Shown here one piece after another: positions 61,603 through 64,000 of a stretch of DNA of 64,000 bases. Origin of the DNA: the human T2T-CHM13v2.0 reference genome, Homo sapiens; NCBI RefSeq assembly GCF_009914755.1, contig NC_060932.1; one strand, 5' to 3'. Numbering within the stretch: the first letter of the stretch is position 1; each line of letters opens with the position of its first letter. The translations under genes and the position numbers were made by a program. The notes below the pieces were generated by a model that saw nothing but the letters and a program-made list of their open reading frames with translations, had not been told where the DNA came from and did not search any database.

Positions 61603-62386
61603 GAAATATTTCTTCTTTTTGTTTCCCTCCCTCCACAATTTCTACTGGCACTCTACTTCATTCAACAAATCACATTTTTTTTTTTCTGGTTGTAAGATCA
61701 GTTTCAGGATTTTGCAGGATAATTAAGCCAAAGATGATAACACTTAACTTAATTGGTAGTGCTATTTAGCACCTGGTTACTAGTGCTCATAACTTCTTTA
61801 TCAAAAGCATTGTGTAAGGAAGATGTGAGAGATGTATTTGGGAGCTCAGGCCAGAAATGGTCAGGGCTTTCTCTGTGTGTGGCACAGAAAGTCCGGTGCT
61901 TCTTCCTTATCCATCACAGTCTGAATTTTCAACACTATATTCACAAGGTTTTGTGTTCAACAGGATTTCCTTGTGCTTCTATAATCACCAGAGTAACAAT
62001 AGGTTGGTATCCACACATGCGTGCATGTGATCACATGTGTGCATGTGCCAGTACATTTATGACATGAGTGTATTCATTTATCCAGGAATAAAACTAAAAT
62101 TTAAATTCCAAAATCACCTGTGAACCCATCAATGTGATGACTACTTGCTGCCCAAATGCTTCACATTTTGAAGTCTCAGGCAACCTCATGCTAAATAAGG
62201 TTTGGGCTGTGTTTATCTTTTCATCCCCAGCACCTAACACTGGGGCTGAGTACAGAGGGGGCCCAATTTTTAAATGAATGAATTAAATTATTCATTTAAT
62301 AAATGTTGATTGAGCACCTACCTATTGTCTGCTAGGCAGAGTTCTAATTGGACTCCCCATTTGGATGGCAGAAGTCAGTGGTAGGT

Positions 62387-62712
<326 letters not shown>

Positions 62713-64000
62713 TCAGTGGTGGGTAAATAAATGCACAGAATCCTGTCTCCCACGTGCGTGTGTTAAAGGACATGAAACAGGGGCATGAGACAGAATGATA
62801 AGGAAGGGGTCATTGGGGAGGTGGCATCAGCACAGAGCCTTGGTGATGCTGGATACTTGGTTTTATAGAGCGGTTTTTTTCCTTGGGAAAATCACTTGCT
62901 TCCTGCATAGTGTATCAAATCTGACAATAATTTGCCAGGTATAAATTAGAGAGGATACAGAGAGGCCAGAGAGGCAAGCCCTTGACAAGTATAGGAGACT
63001 TTCCCTGTGACCTGGACTGTGTAAGAGTCCCATCGCAAAAGGTATCTCTGTTCTCTCAGCTACCAGGAGGCACCATTAATACCATTTTGAAATTATGAAA
63101 TTTGATTCTTCCATATTTGTATTTATATTTAAGTCTACTTTGAGATTTGATTTATATTTATATGAATGGACGTTTTATGTATTCGCTTTATTGATTTATA
63201 TAGTTTTGTATTTATAATTATATTTATAAAGTCTCCTGCAGAAATCCAGGAATTTGTAGAGACTAAAGGAGTATGCTTGCTTTCAGTTTTCTCATACATA
63301 CATTTCTGTTTTTTCTCTTAATACAAAACAAATGCTGTAGAAAATGTGAAGTCTACTAAAAAGTTTAAATATCAAAATTAAAAATCCTCACAAATCTTAA
63401 CCTTCATGAATATTCACTGCAGACAAGCAATTTGGTTCTCTCAGACTCTTTTTTTAATTAAGAAAAAGCTATTTTGAACATTACTGAGAATATACAGTAA
63501 GTAAATATGTCATGGTTTGATCACTGAATTTAATAAATATTGGCCAACATCACTACAAACATATCCTAAATATTATTTTAAATCCCTATAGTGAATTCTA
63601 CTTTATGTAAATAGTATATTAGTAAATTATTCTCCATGCCCTGAATATTTTGATTGGTTTCTTCTTTTTTCATATTGGGAACATCCTGCAAAATTATTGC
63701 ATCATTTTACTGCTTTCTCCTGCAGCTAAGGGTCAAACCAAAAGACAGTACCCATTTTCCTAAGGCGTTTAGAGGAGTAGTTAAAGAATTGTTCCTGCAG
63801 CTTCACAGTGGACGCTCTTCGGGCTGGCTCTTCTGCCATTCTCTTACCTTTCCTTTCCCCTCAGCATTGCAAGAGGAATTCCGTAAATCCAGAGATCCCA
63901 TTCTCAAAAGACGGACAAGAAATGGCAGGACGCAAAAGCACCATACAGGACTCTCCTCGATTTCCCAAATGCCACCCCCCCACCCCCCACTCACGCCTCC

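Overview
Primate (almost certainly human) genomic DNA covering the 5' end of COL22A1 (collagen XXII alpha-1) on the minus strand. It contains a CpG-island promoter with non-coding exon 1 (~37162-37590), a ~30.4 kb intron 1, exon 2 (6614-6776; 5'UTR plus signal peptide), a 4.8 kb intron 2 and exon 3 (1263-1829; a complete VWA domain). About 26 kb of upstream intergenic DNA follows. The rest is mostly interspersed repeats: ~28 Alus/monomers, L1/L2/MIR fragments, MaLR/MLT LTRs, and solo ERV1 LTRs (MER41, MER51, LTR7) with intact target-site duplications (TSDs). Nearly all entries in the ORF track are non-coding noise. I found no new protein-coding system. The best leads are regulatory or mechanistic: (1) a MER41 LTR with two intact GAS/STAT sites ~1.6 kb upstream of the TSS; (2) a co-oriented HERV-H LTR7B-like solo LTR; (3) a convergent pair of CTCF-like motifs bracketing these LTRs; (4) two uORFs in the 5' leader; (5) tailless or internally primed L1 insertions and a solo poly(A) insertion; (6) a chimeric local duplication at ~22.1 kb. 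Repeat subfamily names come from my recollection of consensus sequences, and most repeat boundaries are approximate; both need RepeatMasker/Dfam confirmation.
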